Shown here: positions 13,297-25,309 of the stretch, in pieces
How the letters are laid out: each line of letters begins with the position of its first letter
Numbering within the stretch: position 1 is the first letter of the stretch
Assembly: GCA_038087875.1 (NCBI GenBank)
Contig: JAXLNO010005352.1
Coordinates: 124,001 to 188,000 of the forward strand
Source of the DNA: Malacoraja senta
Taxonomy: Eukaryota
DNA: 64,000 nt
Direction: 5' to 3'
Made by a program: the position numbers and the translations under genes
Notes under the pieces: model-generated
Database searches by the model: none
What the model was told of the DNA's origin: nothing
What the model saw: only the letters and a program-made list of their open reading frames with translations

Positions 13297-13434
13297 CAAA
13301 ACGACTCCAGGACACGAGGGGCTTGGGCGAACCAATGGCAACACATTCCAGCATTGCTGTTTGATGTACAGGCACAGTGATATTTTGGGGACCTGCAATT
13401 ATCACTGGTTTCTGCAATGTCTTTGGCTCCCATG
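13297..13434 (-). CDS. PRTG: Protogenin coding exon (probable exon 5), first half of Ig3, 138 nt
   Basis: Acceptor tgacag|, donor |gtgagt. Translates WEPKTLQKPVIIAGPQNITVPVHQTAMLECVAIGSPKPLVSWSRF. Confidence 0.95.
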
Positions 13435-14255
13435 CTGTCAGTGACAAATCAATGATAAATGATCAATGGCAGTCATAGATATTTCCCATAGAATTCCAAA
13501 CCCCACCCAAGCAAAGTTAGAAAAAAAACTTGTTAAAATTAAAATAGGCGTGTTAAGGAGATATATATATATATTTTTTAAAACAACCACTAATTCATGA
13601 AAATTACAAAGTAGCATCAAGATCCCCAGGAAATGGCAAAAGAACCATTGGATCCAATCAAATCAAGTACCATGAGTGATCTTCCATAAAACTTCCTCCT
13701 TTTTTCTTTTAATATAATAGAACCCCAAATGATTTTTTTTTTTAACTAGTGTTAACAGCAAGTAACATTATCACAATTCAAGTACCAACTTGATCTGGAA
13801 CAATAAATCGGGTAGCCCCGTTGGCAATTTGATCATAGCTATGGAAAATTGGTCACTTTAATTGTCTGAAAAAAACTCTTGTGCCGATTCTAAGCGCTAT
13901 TTCCTTCCAAATCAGAGAGGGAGCCAATTCCACCTTAAACACAACATTCCACCCATTTCAGTAAAAGCATATTTGTCAATAGTTTTGGAAATTTGACTGA
14001 AAACCAATGAAATCTTAAATGTGTTTGGCATTAGCGGGCTAAGGCTATGCTGATGAGTCCCACTACCATATTCTTAACACATCTATGGTTAAACATAACT
14101 TGCACTCATCTATTGAATCACTGCCTGGCACATAATGCACATGCAGACTTATAGAAAGATGGAACAATTATCTTCAGATATAAAGTTCAACGGGAAATCT
14201 AACAGGAACCAATTACTGGAAACTATGTTGGAAGAAAGACATCTCAATCATTTAC

Positions 14256-14389
14256 CTGGAATAACAGTTAAAATGGCTTCCGCACTTCTCCGCCTATTTG
14301 CGATGTTGGTCGCCACACAACGATACAGTCCAGTGTGTTGTTTATCAACACCATAGATCTGAAGGACTCCTGTCGGTAGCACGGTTATC
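14256..14389 (-). CDS. PRTG: Protogenin coding exon (probable exon 4), second half of Ig2, 134 nt
   Basis: Not in the ORF track, read manually. Acceptor cttctcag|, donor |gtaaat. Translates [44 protein letters not shown], in phase with neighbouring exons. Confidence 0.95.
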
Positions 14390-14522
14390 CTGAGAAGAGG
14401 AATTTAATCTTCTAAAACAAGTCACTGAACATACAGATTTACACGACAACCCAGTACAATGTCATGACAATGGTAATGATTCAGGCTACTGAGCAAAATT
14501 TCATTTTATTAACAATAGAAAT

Positions 14523-14830
14523 GGCAGCATGGTGGCGCAGCGGTAGAGTTGCTGCCTTACAGCGCTTGTAGCGGCAGAGACCCGGGTTTGAACCAGACTA
14601 TGGGTGCTGTCTGTACGGAGTTCGTACGTTCTCTCCGTGACCACGTGGGTTTTCTCCGAGAATCTTCGGTTTCCTCCCACACTCCAAAGACGTACAGGTT
14701 TGCAGGTTGATTGGCTTGGTATAAGTGTAAATTGTCCCTAGTGTGTATAAGGATAGTGTTAATGTGCGGGGGTTGCAGGTCGGAACAGACACGGTGGGCC
14801 GAAGGGCCTGTATCACTAAACTAAACTAAA
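14523..14830 (+). mobile_element. tRNA-derived SINE (HE1/V-SINE-like), near full length
   Basis: Box A tggcgcagcggt, box B gggtttgaacc, V-domain-like core tgtacggagttcgtacgttctctccgtgacc, LINE-like tail gggccgaagggcctgt and (CTAAA)n end. Confidence 0.88.
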
Positions 14831-15405
14831 AAACAAAATTGAAATAGAAACAAAAGCAAAATTGCGCAGAAGGAAAGTAATTATTATAATTATTATATTC
14901 AAATAGTAATAATTATTATATTCAAATTATGTTACTCCAGTCTAATTGTTCAAAAATTCTGTTGGTTTGTCATTTGGTTCCTTCATTTTTCTCGGGGTCC
15001 CGAGTGCAAGCAGAGACGGGTGGACAAACAGACCACATGGCAAAGCTGGGGTTGGGGTCCAGCACACCAGGGGGTCAGACACATGGGCAGGATTACAGCT
15101 CGAGCCCAGGGACTAAAGTGTTTGTTTATTTTAACAAGCAAAAATTTACAACCTGTTACTCACTAAAAGTTCATTAAAACGTTTTTACAAATACCACTGT
15201 GCAACGTGCAAAAGAGTGAAATCAAAACACATTGGTGTGTTAGGAGAATTAACATCCAATTGGCCAGATAATCTGTCAGCCCTGCACCCACAGTCCAGAG
15301 AACGACAGTTAATTTGAGTTTTACTGTACACTACAGTAGCTTTAATTATGCAGATTTTGCTTTTCACAATTTGATGGAAAATTGCAGATTTCCCACAAAT
15401 AATAC

Positions 15406-15550
15406 CTGTCGGTAGCGAGGGGTAGTGTTGTCCGGTTGAATTCCCAGGTTATGATTGGTGGTGGATTTGCATGAATCTTACAGATAAACCGTGCCACTTC
15501 TCCTTCCCTCACGACTGTGGGCACTGGCTGAACCTCAAACGGAGACATGC
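15406..15550 (-). CDS. PRTG: Protogenin coding exon (probable exon 3), first half of Ig2, 145 nt
   Basis: Acceptor tttgtttcag|, donor AG|gtatt. Translates [48 protein letters not shown], recognisably protogenin Ig2. Confidence 0.95.
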
Positions 15551-17456
15551 CTGAAACAAAAGCAACATCCCGTTTACAAACTCAGGCACAACAACAAATG
15601 AAACCTCTGAGAAAACTAAAATCTCTGCATTTGTAGGAAGATGCAAAAAAGATTTCCTAATACACCCCCCAGATCATAATACAATGAGAACCAAAAAGGT
15701 TGATTTTTGAAATGATTCAGTTGGATTACAAAGTTTATACGAATACATCTCACAAATTATTTTTCACGTAAAGTTCAAAATCACTCCCCTCCAACTCTGA
15801 AGCAATGTTTACAGCTGGTTACAGTATACGAGCATTCACAAAACTGTTCTCACACAAAAGGTTAATCAAAACAGGTGTTTAAGTGAATGATTTTAAAAAG
15901 AGTGGATCTGGGAAACATTTCTCAAGCAGTTTAAGGACTAAGAATTCCCTTTTCTAATCCTACCTGCAGTACTCAAGGATTTGTTTTCAACACAATCACT
16001 TGTCCAATAATGGTGATATTATATCTGTTTATATTATATATTAATTAATAATTCACTTAAAATTAAATTTCAGGGCCTTTTTAAAAACACAAGATTATGC
16101 ATTAATATACAACCTCTGAATGAAACCCATCCATACTTCCGAGCCACTACCCCCCCACCCCCACTCCGACTAAATTTCCATCCCGTGAGATTTCTATAAC
16201 AGTCAAAAAGAGATCTAAAACTTATTTGAAACCAAGATGACTAATGTTCCTCCAACTTTCTTCTACCACTGCAAACTGCATACAGACATGAGCATTTAGT
16301 AGACATTATCTCTACAAACATGCTTCATAGTCCACCACTGTAAAACTGAACGCATGCAAAATATCTTGACAGATATGTTTGCTGTGAAATCTAAATGTCC
16401 TTTAGTAGCTTGCTCATTTAGTTGACATGATGGACTGCACTAATGTGAGACTGACTTATCCATTACAAGTGGTTACCATCTCACAGATGTTTTTGCCAGC
16501 AGCAATTGAAAGGATCCTGGTGAGGGGAGTCATTTCTCACACTCCAGGACCTGAAAGGAACTCCAAACTCTTTCAGGATTGCAGAGTTACAAATGACAAA
16601 ACTTCCCTCAGGATAAATGATCTTTCTGAGCCTTACCACACAACCCACACAAGTGTGTTACTAACCCCAACAACATTAGGGCTCATAAACATTTCACACC
16701 TCTGCAGAATTTGTAACTCATCAATATGTACAGAGGAATTAATTCTAAGTTTCTGCATAAAGAGAGACACGTTTTATAGATCAATACAAACTCTTAAGGA
16801 TTAAAGAAACTCAAAATCTAATCAATGTGTAAAAAGTACAGATTGCGACCAGTTAATAATCAACCCACCCGTAGGGGGTGCAATAAACGTCAGAAATCAA
16901 TCATCCGTCTTGGTGAAAAGATGCACACAATTTACCAGGGAAAGAAAATAACAATCATTCCTGAATCAGCACTGCCAAAAAATAAATCAGTTTCAACAGA
17001 AATACGGTTACAGCATCTTGCAAGGCAGCTTACTCAAGAGCCCAGAGAGTTTGTACTACAAGTATCCACACTAATAAAAGTGAGAAAGATCCTTAGTACG
17101 TGGTAAATTTATGAGGGGAGCAATTACTGGTCAATATAATTGAACTCAATACTCATGGGTCAAGACAGAAAAAGTTGGGCCAGGATTCCTATTCCCAGCC
17201 TCCATGCAGTGACCATGCTGGATGCATATCTACACAACAAACGCTGAAACAGAAATAACTAGGATGCTTCAAAGGCTGAACAGTTTATTGACATTCACTA
17301 TGAAAACACACACATGAACAATTGCCTCTTTCGTGGAGGTGCTCGAGGGTGAAATGTTTCTGAGAAACTTTTACCCCAAATACAAAATGTCCATTATAAG
17401 GATGAAGCATTGACAAAAACAACTTCATGACATAACATCTAAACAGTATCAATCAA

Positions 17457-18353
17457 ATGCAACACCTGTCCATTTACCTCCCCCCTCGACTCCATCCAAG
17501 GACCCCGACAGTCTTTCCAGGTGAGGCAGGGGTTCACTCGCACCTCTTCCAACCTCATCTACTATATCCGATGTTCCAGGTGTCAACTCCTGTACATCGG
17601 CGAGACCAGGCGCAGGATCGGCGATCGTTTTGCTGAACACCTCCGCTCAGTCCGCCAACCTACCTGATCTCCCGGTTGCTCAGCACTTTAACTCTCCCCC
17701 CCTTCTCTCCCTGCTTTCCCTCTCTCTCCCCATCCCCTCCCCCTTCACAGTTTTCCCACCAGTCTTAAGGGCCTGTCCCACGGGCATGCGACTCCATGCG
17801 GCAAGCGCGACCTAACCGCAAGCAGGGGCCGCGCGGAGGTCGAGTGATCCCTGTACAGGGCCGGTCCCACCAGCATGCGGCAAGCGCTACCAAATCGGAA
17901 GCAGGGGCCGCGCGGAGGTCGAGTGATGTCAAGACGGTGCGTACGGCGTCGAGGCGGTGTGCACGGCCTCGATGCGGCTGCAGGGCGGCAGGCCGTTGCT
18001 GCACGGAATTTTTGAACAGTGTCAGTTTTTCGGAGCCCCGCGCGATATCGGGACCAGCTCCGCACAACTCCATACGGCTCCGGCGATCGAAGTGGGACCG
18101 GCCCCGCGACCTCCGCGCGACCCCCGCTTGTGGTTAGGTCGCGCTTGCCGCATGGGGTCGCATGCCCATGGGACAGGCCCTTTACTGTCTCCGACTACAT
18201 TATATTTCTGCCCCGCCCACTCCCGACATCAGTCTGAAGGGTCTCGACCCGAAACGGCACCCATTCCTTCTCTCCAAAGATGCTTCCTGTCCCAGAGTTA
18301 CTCCAGCATTTTGTGTCTACCTTTGATTTAAACCAGCATCTGCAGTTCTTTCC
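17457..18353 (+). mobile_element. 5'-truncated Penelope-like retroelement (GIY-YIG endonuclease fragment plus 3' repeat), interrupted by a MITE
   Basis: 17458-17655 translates CNTCPF...SSNLIYYIRCSRCQLLYIGETRRRIGDRFAEHLRSVR. 10-bp TSD tatcaatcaa at 17447-17456 and 18354-18363. Confidence 0.9.
17768..18181. mobile_element. PIF/Harbinger-like MITE, GC-rich
   Basis: ~75-bp TIRs starting AGGGCCTGTCCCA; TTA TSD at 17765-17767 and 18182-18184. Confidence 0.88.
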
Positions 18354-19359
18354 TATCAATCAATTCAAAATACATCTTAGTAGTCATAGTTGGGTTCAGC
18401 AAAATGACAAGAAAGCTCAGTGCAAGATGAATATGTCAGAAATATATTCGCCAATTCAAAGTTAAACTTGCCGGAATCAAAGTTTGAAAACCAAATCTGT
18501 CATTTTAAAAAAAATATGTTTATTTTAACAGAAAATTTATGGAGGAAACTTAATGGCTTTTCACAGTTTTAGGGTTGCTAATGCACCCGATTTTACTGTG
18601 AATGTAAAATGCAGCTTGCTTTTGTCTTAGCACAATGCCACTGAAGCACTATTGCTTAAACAAGTCTCTTGTCAGATTCCCTTATATATCACAATTAGCT
18701 TCCTGTGAGATGAAAGCCAAGAACTAGCCAATACTAATCAGATTTACAATCAGTTAAGGTTGTCCATATGTAGCAGCATTTTACACTGCCACTGTGAAAG
18801 GACCGTGCGTAGATTCATCTATCCATTACAGGGTTTGCTCACATGCTCCAGAACAGCAGCTGTTGGACGAGATGTACGGCACAGAAATCAATACAAGATT
18901 TCAATGAGGAATGAGATACTTCTTTCTACTTTCACAACAAACACTCTGAATTAGGACATTAACAGATGACTATTACAGTGGGTAATTGGAGCAGGTCAAG
19001 CCAAAGCTATTCTGCATTTACAAAGAAAAAAAGTCCCAATTTGACCAACATGAAGTATACAAAGCATAACAGTACTTTGCAATATGCATACAAATTACAT
19101 ACAATACTTCCTCATCCTCAATTTAAACAAATTTAGCATTAATCTATGAAATGGACCATGGAACGCAAAAACGAAATTGCTTTTTGTCAGACTGCAGGAA
19201 AAGTAAAAAGGAATGCAAGAAATTTTTGTCATCATGAAGACTTCACTACATATTTGGTTGTATCCTTCTGGATTGTATTCAGTTACTCCTTATTACTGAG
19301 TTTTAGCCAGAAATATTCGTTCAAGACCCTGAAATGGGTCTTGACCGATTCAAAGGTAA

Positions 19360-19908
19360 AGGGGCTGTCCCACTGCGGCGACCTAATCCGCGAGTTCTGG
19401 CGACTTTGCCCTCGACTCATACTCGCAGCATGGTTGACACGAGGTCCTAGGAGGTCTTTGTAACTGTCCTTCATGCTCGAGACTAGTCCCCGTGTACTCG
19501 AGGCCTCAACTAGGTTGCGGCGTATTTTTCAACATGTTGGGTTCAGCAAAATAACATGTTGAAAAATGCCCGCGAGTATAAAAAAGGTTGCCATGGGGGA
19601 AAAAATATACTTTTTTTACTCGTAGGTTCAGTCGAAGTAGGTCGTGGTAGGTCGGCATGTTATTCGTAGGTAATCAAGGGTAGTCGAAGGTAATCAAAGG
19701 TAATCGTAGATAGTCTTCAACATAGTCGAAGGGAGGAAGTCTTCACTCTCCACTATTTTCACTCTCCAATTTTCCCGAAGCTAGTCGAAGCTAGTCTTCA
19801 ACATAGTTGAAGGACGTCTTCTACATAGTCGAAGGAGGTCTTCAACATGACATTTTTTTCAAACTCTTCTAAACTCGCCAATTAAGTTGCCGCAGTGGAA
19901 TAGCCCCT
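19360..19908. mobile_element. PIF/Harbinger-like MITE
   Basis: TIRs AGGGGCTGTCCCACTGCGGCGACCTAAT / attaagttgccgcagtggaatagcccct; TAA TSD both sides; internal tagtcgaag-like repeats. Confidence 0.88.
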
Positions 19909-22164
19909 TAAGAATGGCGTGAGAGGCAAACTAACAATGAGCTGATTATTAAAAGGTCCAGGACAGTTTGACACAGGCATCAACAGCAAGGTAATATGCC
20001 AGGCACCCCACCATCATCATTGGCTTAAAACTAAATAACAGATATGAGCCCTAATCAGTCACCAAATGAAACAATTTGATTTGGTAAACATTTGCCACAA
20101 AAACTCCCTGTGTTTCTGGAGTTGCCATCTTCGGGCTAGGACAGATACAGAATTCAAAATCCTCTGATGACAATTTAGAGCCAAGACATTGTTAGTAGAT
20201 CTACCAGGAGCTTGGCTTTTAGAAAAGCAGTCCCCAGCTATCAGAAACCTTTGAGACTTCTATACAAGCTGAATCACTGCCAGGCAGATGAGGGCAGTAG
20301 GATGCATGCGTGAGCTATTTGGCCCTTCAGTCCTGTTCCACCAGTCAACAGCAAGCAAATAATTTAGTATAGATTTTTCTGTTCTAAAACAAGCTTCCCT
20401 TTTTGGATGCAGCAGTTGAGAGAAAAATGAGAAACAAACAACCTTTAAGATGGCAAGTTGCATCACAATGGCTGGTAGAAGACTTATATTTGGACATACA
20501 TTTTACATCTTAGGATGCAAATGTAAACAATAAAATCTCACAGAAAATAATTGAAGCTTATTTAATGTATGAGGCACAGCAAGAAAAGTGTAATGGAAAA
20601 AATTGTTTTCTTCAGGAGTTTAAAAAACACGCAGAGCACAGTATTCAGAGTGTGTGGTTTGGTTCACATCTCCTGGCTTTGTTGATAATCAGACCCCTTT
20701 AAGAGACACTTTCATGGTACTCTGGAACAGATGGCGATGGAGCAGCAAAGATAGGGGGCAACAGATCTGGAGGAAAAACAATTAGTTTTCTGGCAGAAAG
20801 GTCAAGACATTGGGATTGGAGAAGTATGATGAAACATGTAATAAGGTGTTTGTCCTGAGCGCTGATTCCGAAATTTAGTTCCACTGATTTCAACAGAAGC
20901 AAAACTTGATAAGTGGGGTTATGTTTACTAAGTAAGCCTATGCTTACTACACTATGCCACGCATTTATGAATGGGAAATTATTTCTACCACACGGTATGT
21001 TCGATTGACTAATATAAAATGACCTTGCTTAAAAAGATATCCACAATTCTATATTTAGTAATAAAATATGATTCTATAGAACATTATATAATGTATGCGA
21101 TCCTGACACTCCCATTGAAATCGGGGTGATAAGCACAGCAGGTAGGAAGGAGCAATGCATCTTTATTGCTTATTGGGAAGACACTACCCAATCAATCCGG
21201 CCCCCATCCTGCTCACTCACCACAGTCCTCTTAATTTCCCCCTTCAACTAGTTGTAGCGATTTCATTTTGAATGTTACTATTCAATTTCTTTCCACTATC
21301 CTATCAGGCAGCACATTCATTATAAGAGAACAATGGTTTTATCCCACATAACTTGTACAACTTCAAGATCTTTTGCCAATTACCTTAACTCTATGCCTTC
21401 TCTGAACAACAGCTGAAATCATACAATAAATTTCCATCCACAAAACAATGAAAACAAATCTTAAGTTAAGATCTAATTTTTTCTAACTGTGCAATTTTAC
21501 TCCATCAAGAAAACCCATGGCCAATGTTATTCAATGATATTGTTTAGGAGCATTTAAAAGTGGATATGTAAAGTAATAATATTCATGTTAAATTCAGTGA
21601 GAGCATCCAGTTTCATCTTCAAGGTTGAAACTGCAATATGATTTCAGTCTGTCAGACTTCTCAGTTCTCATCAAACTGTTACATTGTTACACCAGCTGCA
21701 AAACTGACAATGGGAACCATTTCATTATAAAAACTATTTTTAAGATGTACTTGAGCCCCTTTGATTTTACCATAATTAATAAATATCCAACTAGTGCCAC
21801 AAGAGATTAGAAAGGGAAAATGAAAGACCCAGGGCAATGTTTACAACGATAAATTAATCTTTTGCACCTTCCATTGCCATGAATTGAATACATTTGCATA
21901 CAATTCAGTGCATCTACTGCAGTTTAAAACAAATTCTCAAAATGTGCGATAAAGCAGGTGGCAGTTTGGGAATCAGAATTTTGCGCTATTCATCTAGTGA
22001 AACGTTTAGGAGTCCAAAAATGGGGCAGTTTCTGATTATGGTTCTTTCATGTAATGCAATTGTAGTTTTTAATCCATATTAATTGGATCAATTACAGGAA
22101 ACTATTCATGAGGTTTGATTTAATTTTCTGTCAATACACTGTCATATGATACAATATCAAAAAC

Positions 22165-23170
22165 AATAGGGAAATACAGGCCATGTTTTGGATTGGGACC
22201 CTTCATCAGACTGGGGGAAAAGTTGGTAAAGAGGTGAGGGTAACTGGCAGATGAGTGGAATAGAGTAAGTGACAAAAGGCTACAGGCGAAAAGGAGACAA
22301 AGGGGTGTCAGATAAGGAAAGGAGTAGTGAAATGTAGTCAGAGAGAGGGAAATGGGTGGAGAAAGAGCAGGGATAAAAAGCTAATGTGGGATTTGGGAAT
22401 AGAAGGGCAGAGGGGAAAGGAGTAGGGTAACTAGGGTGGTGGGAGACAGTGTGTGGGACTGAGGACACAGAGGGTGTATTACAAGAAATTAGAATTCAAT
22501 GTTCATACCATTGGGTTGAAGGCTACCCCAAGCAGAATAGGAAGTGCTGCCCTACCAGTTTCTACCATGGATTCTGCTGCCCCTCCTCTAAAACTAACCA
22601 TACCACTTCCCCTCCCTCCCTCCCCCCCCCTCCCCCCGGGTGCAAATAGGAAGGCGAGTTAAAATGGTTGGCAACCTTAAGATCCAGCAGACCTTGGCGG
22701 ACAGAGTGCAAATGTTTGATGAATGGTTGCCTAGTCTATGCTTGCTCTGCTGGTCTAAAGGAGGTCATATCGGGAGCACAGTGCGCAGTAGACATGGTTG
22801 GAGGTGGTGCACGTGAACTTCTGTCACACGTGGAAGGGCAGCTGGGGTTCCAGGATGGAAGTGAGAGAGAGGAGTAGGGACAGGTGTTACAGGGGAAAGC
22901 CTGGGGAAGGGATTCGCGAACCACAGAGTTGTGGAGGGAGTGGTCTCTGTGGAAAGTGAAAAAGGTTGGGGATGGAAAGATGCGAATGGCAGTGGGAATG
23001 GCACAGAATGTGGTGGGAGAAAGTGTTGGATGCGGAGGCTGATGGGGTGAAAGGTCTATCCCTAGTTACATCTGGGGGGGGGGGGGTGGGGACTGTGAGC
23101 GGGACTAGGTAGACACAGGTGAGGGATCCATCCACAATAGCAGGGGAGAAACCATATGGATGTCTCAGCA
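22165..23170 (-). mobile_element. Older degenerate Penelope-like element 3' portion
   Basis: Reverse strand 22690-22890 is homologous to the GIY-YIG region at 17458-17655. Ends in a degenerate CTGATGAAGGGTCC motif at about 22195-22213. Confidence 0.75.
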
Positions 23171-25309
23171 CAGCTTGAATTTCCCATTCATCTTTAATTG
23201 ACCCCAAACTGAGGAGACAGGAGGTTCAACCAGGTAGCTCTGTCTGGAAACACTATGTCAGTGCCTTAACTGCTAGGTTACCATACCACACCATGGCCGC
23301 TTGCATCCCATCTCTACTCTCATTTCCAGTGGATCTGAACTAATGAAAGGCATCCTTGTGGACATGTTCTGCCACCCAATTCAATGACCAACTTACAGCA
23401 CAGTGAATAATGGACTGGCTATTGACCAGCATTTGCCTTTCAATGCAATGTAAAGTCACACAGTTGAAGTTTGCATTCAAATTCCACACAAATCCTACTT
23501 ACCCTTCAAGTCAAAAATATATTAAGGTTACTGAACCAGTACCTTGCTCTCCACAGATTGACTGATAGCAGTCAGTAAAACAAATATGTTTGAAATATGT
23601 CAAGGAATCTGGAAATAGTTTATACCTCACTGCATAATTAGATTATGCAGGGAAACATTCTTCTTCTGATAGGAATATAATTTGAGGGAAACATGGGACA
23701 ATAAAAAAATAAGCAAGACATATTAGAAATGCTGCTAATTCTTCAAAATACTGTTTGTGGGACTGAGAATTAGCCACATATGTTTACTTAATACAAAGCT
23801 AATTCTTGGGTCTACAATCAGTTTTAAAATAAAACAGGAAGAACTAAAGCCAATACAATAAAGCTATATAAATGGACAATAAAAATAGAATGACTATTGA
23901 ATTATTTCTGAAAAGCTCTGCGAGAGGCAAATTGAATTACTATTCAATCACTGTCAAAAGATATGGAGGAAATAATAAAACAGAATTTGATTTTTGATAT
24001 CCGACATCTGTTCGCCTGTTCTGAATAAAGCACACTGCCATTGTCCTTTAATTACAGCCCGAGTACTTTGCCAATTCACAGGACTGCACAAAGTTATGAA
24101 TACTCAATACAAGAAACATTTCAACCTTAATTGATACAAAGTAACCTATGCTACTTATTACCACCAACTGGTGGGAAGGCTTTCGATGGTCAAATTTTCT
24201 TTATGGAACTTTACAAATTTTAAAACTTCAATTAAAATGTCCAAATTTGTTCCACGAGTTATAAAATATTAGAAACTACAAAAAACAAAAACTGGAAAAA
24301 GCAGGTTTCTTAGCACCTTCTCACATCTGTTTCCATGTATCATTGTTGATGCTCAAGAAACATTTATTTTAAAAAAAGTAATGCAGCAAGGGTTCTCAGT
24401 TACAAGATGCCAACCAAAGCGACTCTTCAATAGGCTTTGTAGTCAAAACTTATTCTGCTTTTTAACCTTTTTTAGTTTGATCTTTTATTTGTCACTTACA
24501 AGTGCACTAACTCAATAAGAAACCCTTCACACTGGATCCATTCCCCTTCACTTTTGTAATCAAATAGGTGCCCGTGCTCATCCACACAAGAACTCATTAA
24601 ACCACCCACAAAGAGGTCAGTCCACTCTAATGACATTCAAGGCCCTGGTGAAGGATCCCATTTAAAACATCGTTCCTACAAAAGGTTATATTCTTACAAG
24701 ATGAATTATTCTGTTATTGCTGCAAAACAAAAATTGCAAGATCTGTTATTTATTAATTTTCTGAAAGTGAAAAAAAATGTATGCAAATTATATTATATTA
24801 ATATTATTATTAAAGTAACTGACAAGTCCTTTGCTATTGGATGTAGCTGTAATTATAAATATTGGATCGGCAATCCACACTAAGTTTGCAGAATTTAGTT
24901 GATCATTCATGCTGACTATTCAATTTGAGTCTTTACATTGAACAGAACAGCAAACATGCATCTTAAAGCGCATCAAAACAATCAATATAAAATACTGAAA
25001 GAGACAAAAATAGACATGTAGAAGGCCACACAAATCTAAGAAGCCCCAATATGCACTGGTACAATAAAAGTAGTCCAATGTCTTCCAAACAGACGCACCT
25101 GTGGGAAGCAATATTCACCTTCAACTCTTCTCTCTCACCTTCAAAATATTTTTGAAAGCAAGTAGTCATGTGTCCCATTTAGACTTTAAAACTGATGGTA
25201 TTACAGACGGACATTTGGACATAATTGCCAGAGTTGGTAATCGCCAATGGGATAAGCTTGTCCTGACGCTTTCATCTGAGTAACAAACACAACTGTTCCC
25301 TTTGTCCAA

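Noticed and set aside
14523-14600. tRNA gene
   Set aside because: A and B boxes are present but continue into a SINE body and tail, with no complete cloverleaf.
17745-18331. Five overlapping GC-rich ORFs
   Set aside because: They result from stop-poor, GC-rich palindromic MITE sequence.
19620-19850. CRISPR-like or regulatory repeat array
   Set aside because: Short degenerate tandem motifs inside a MITE, no unique spacers, eukaryotic context.
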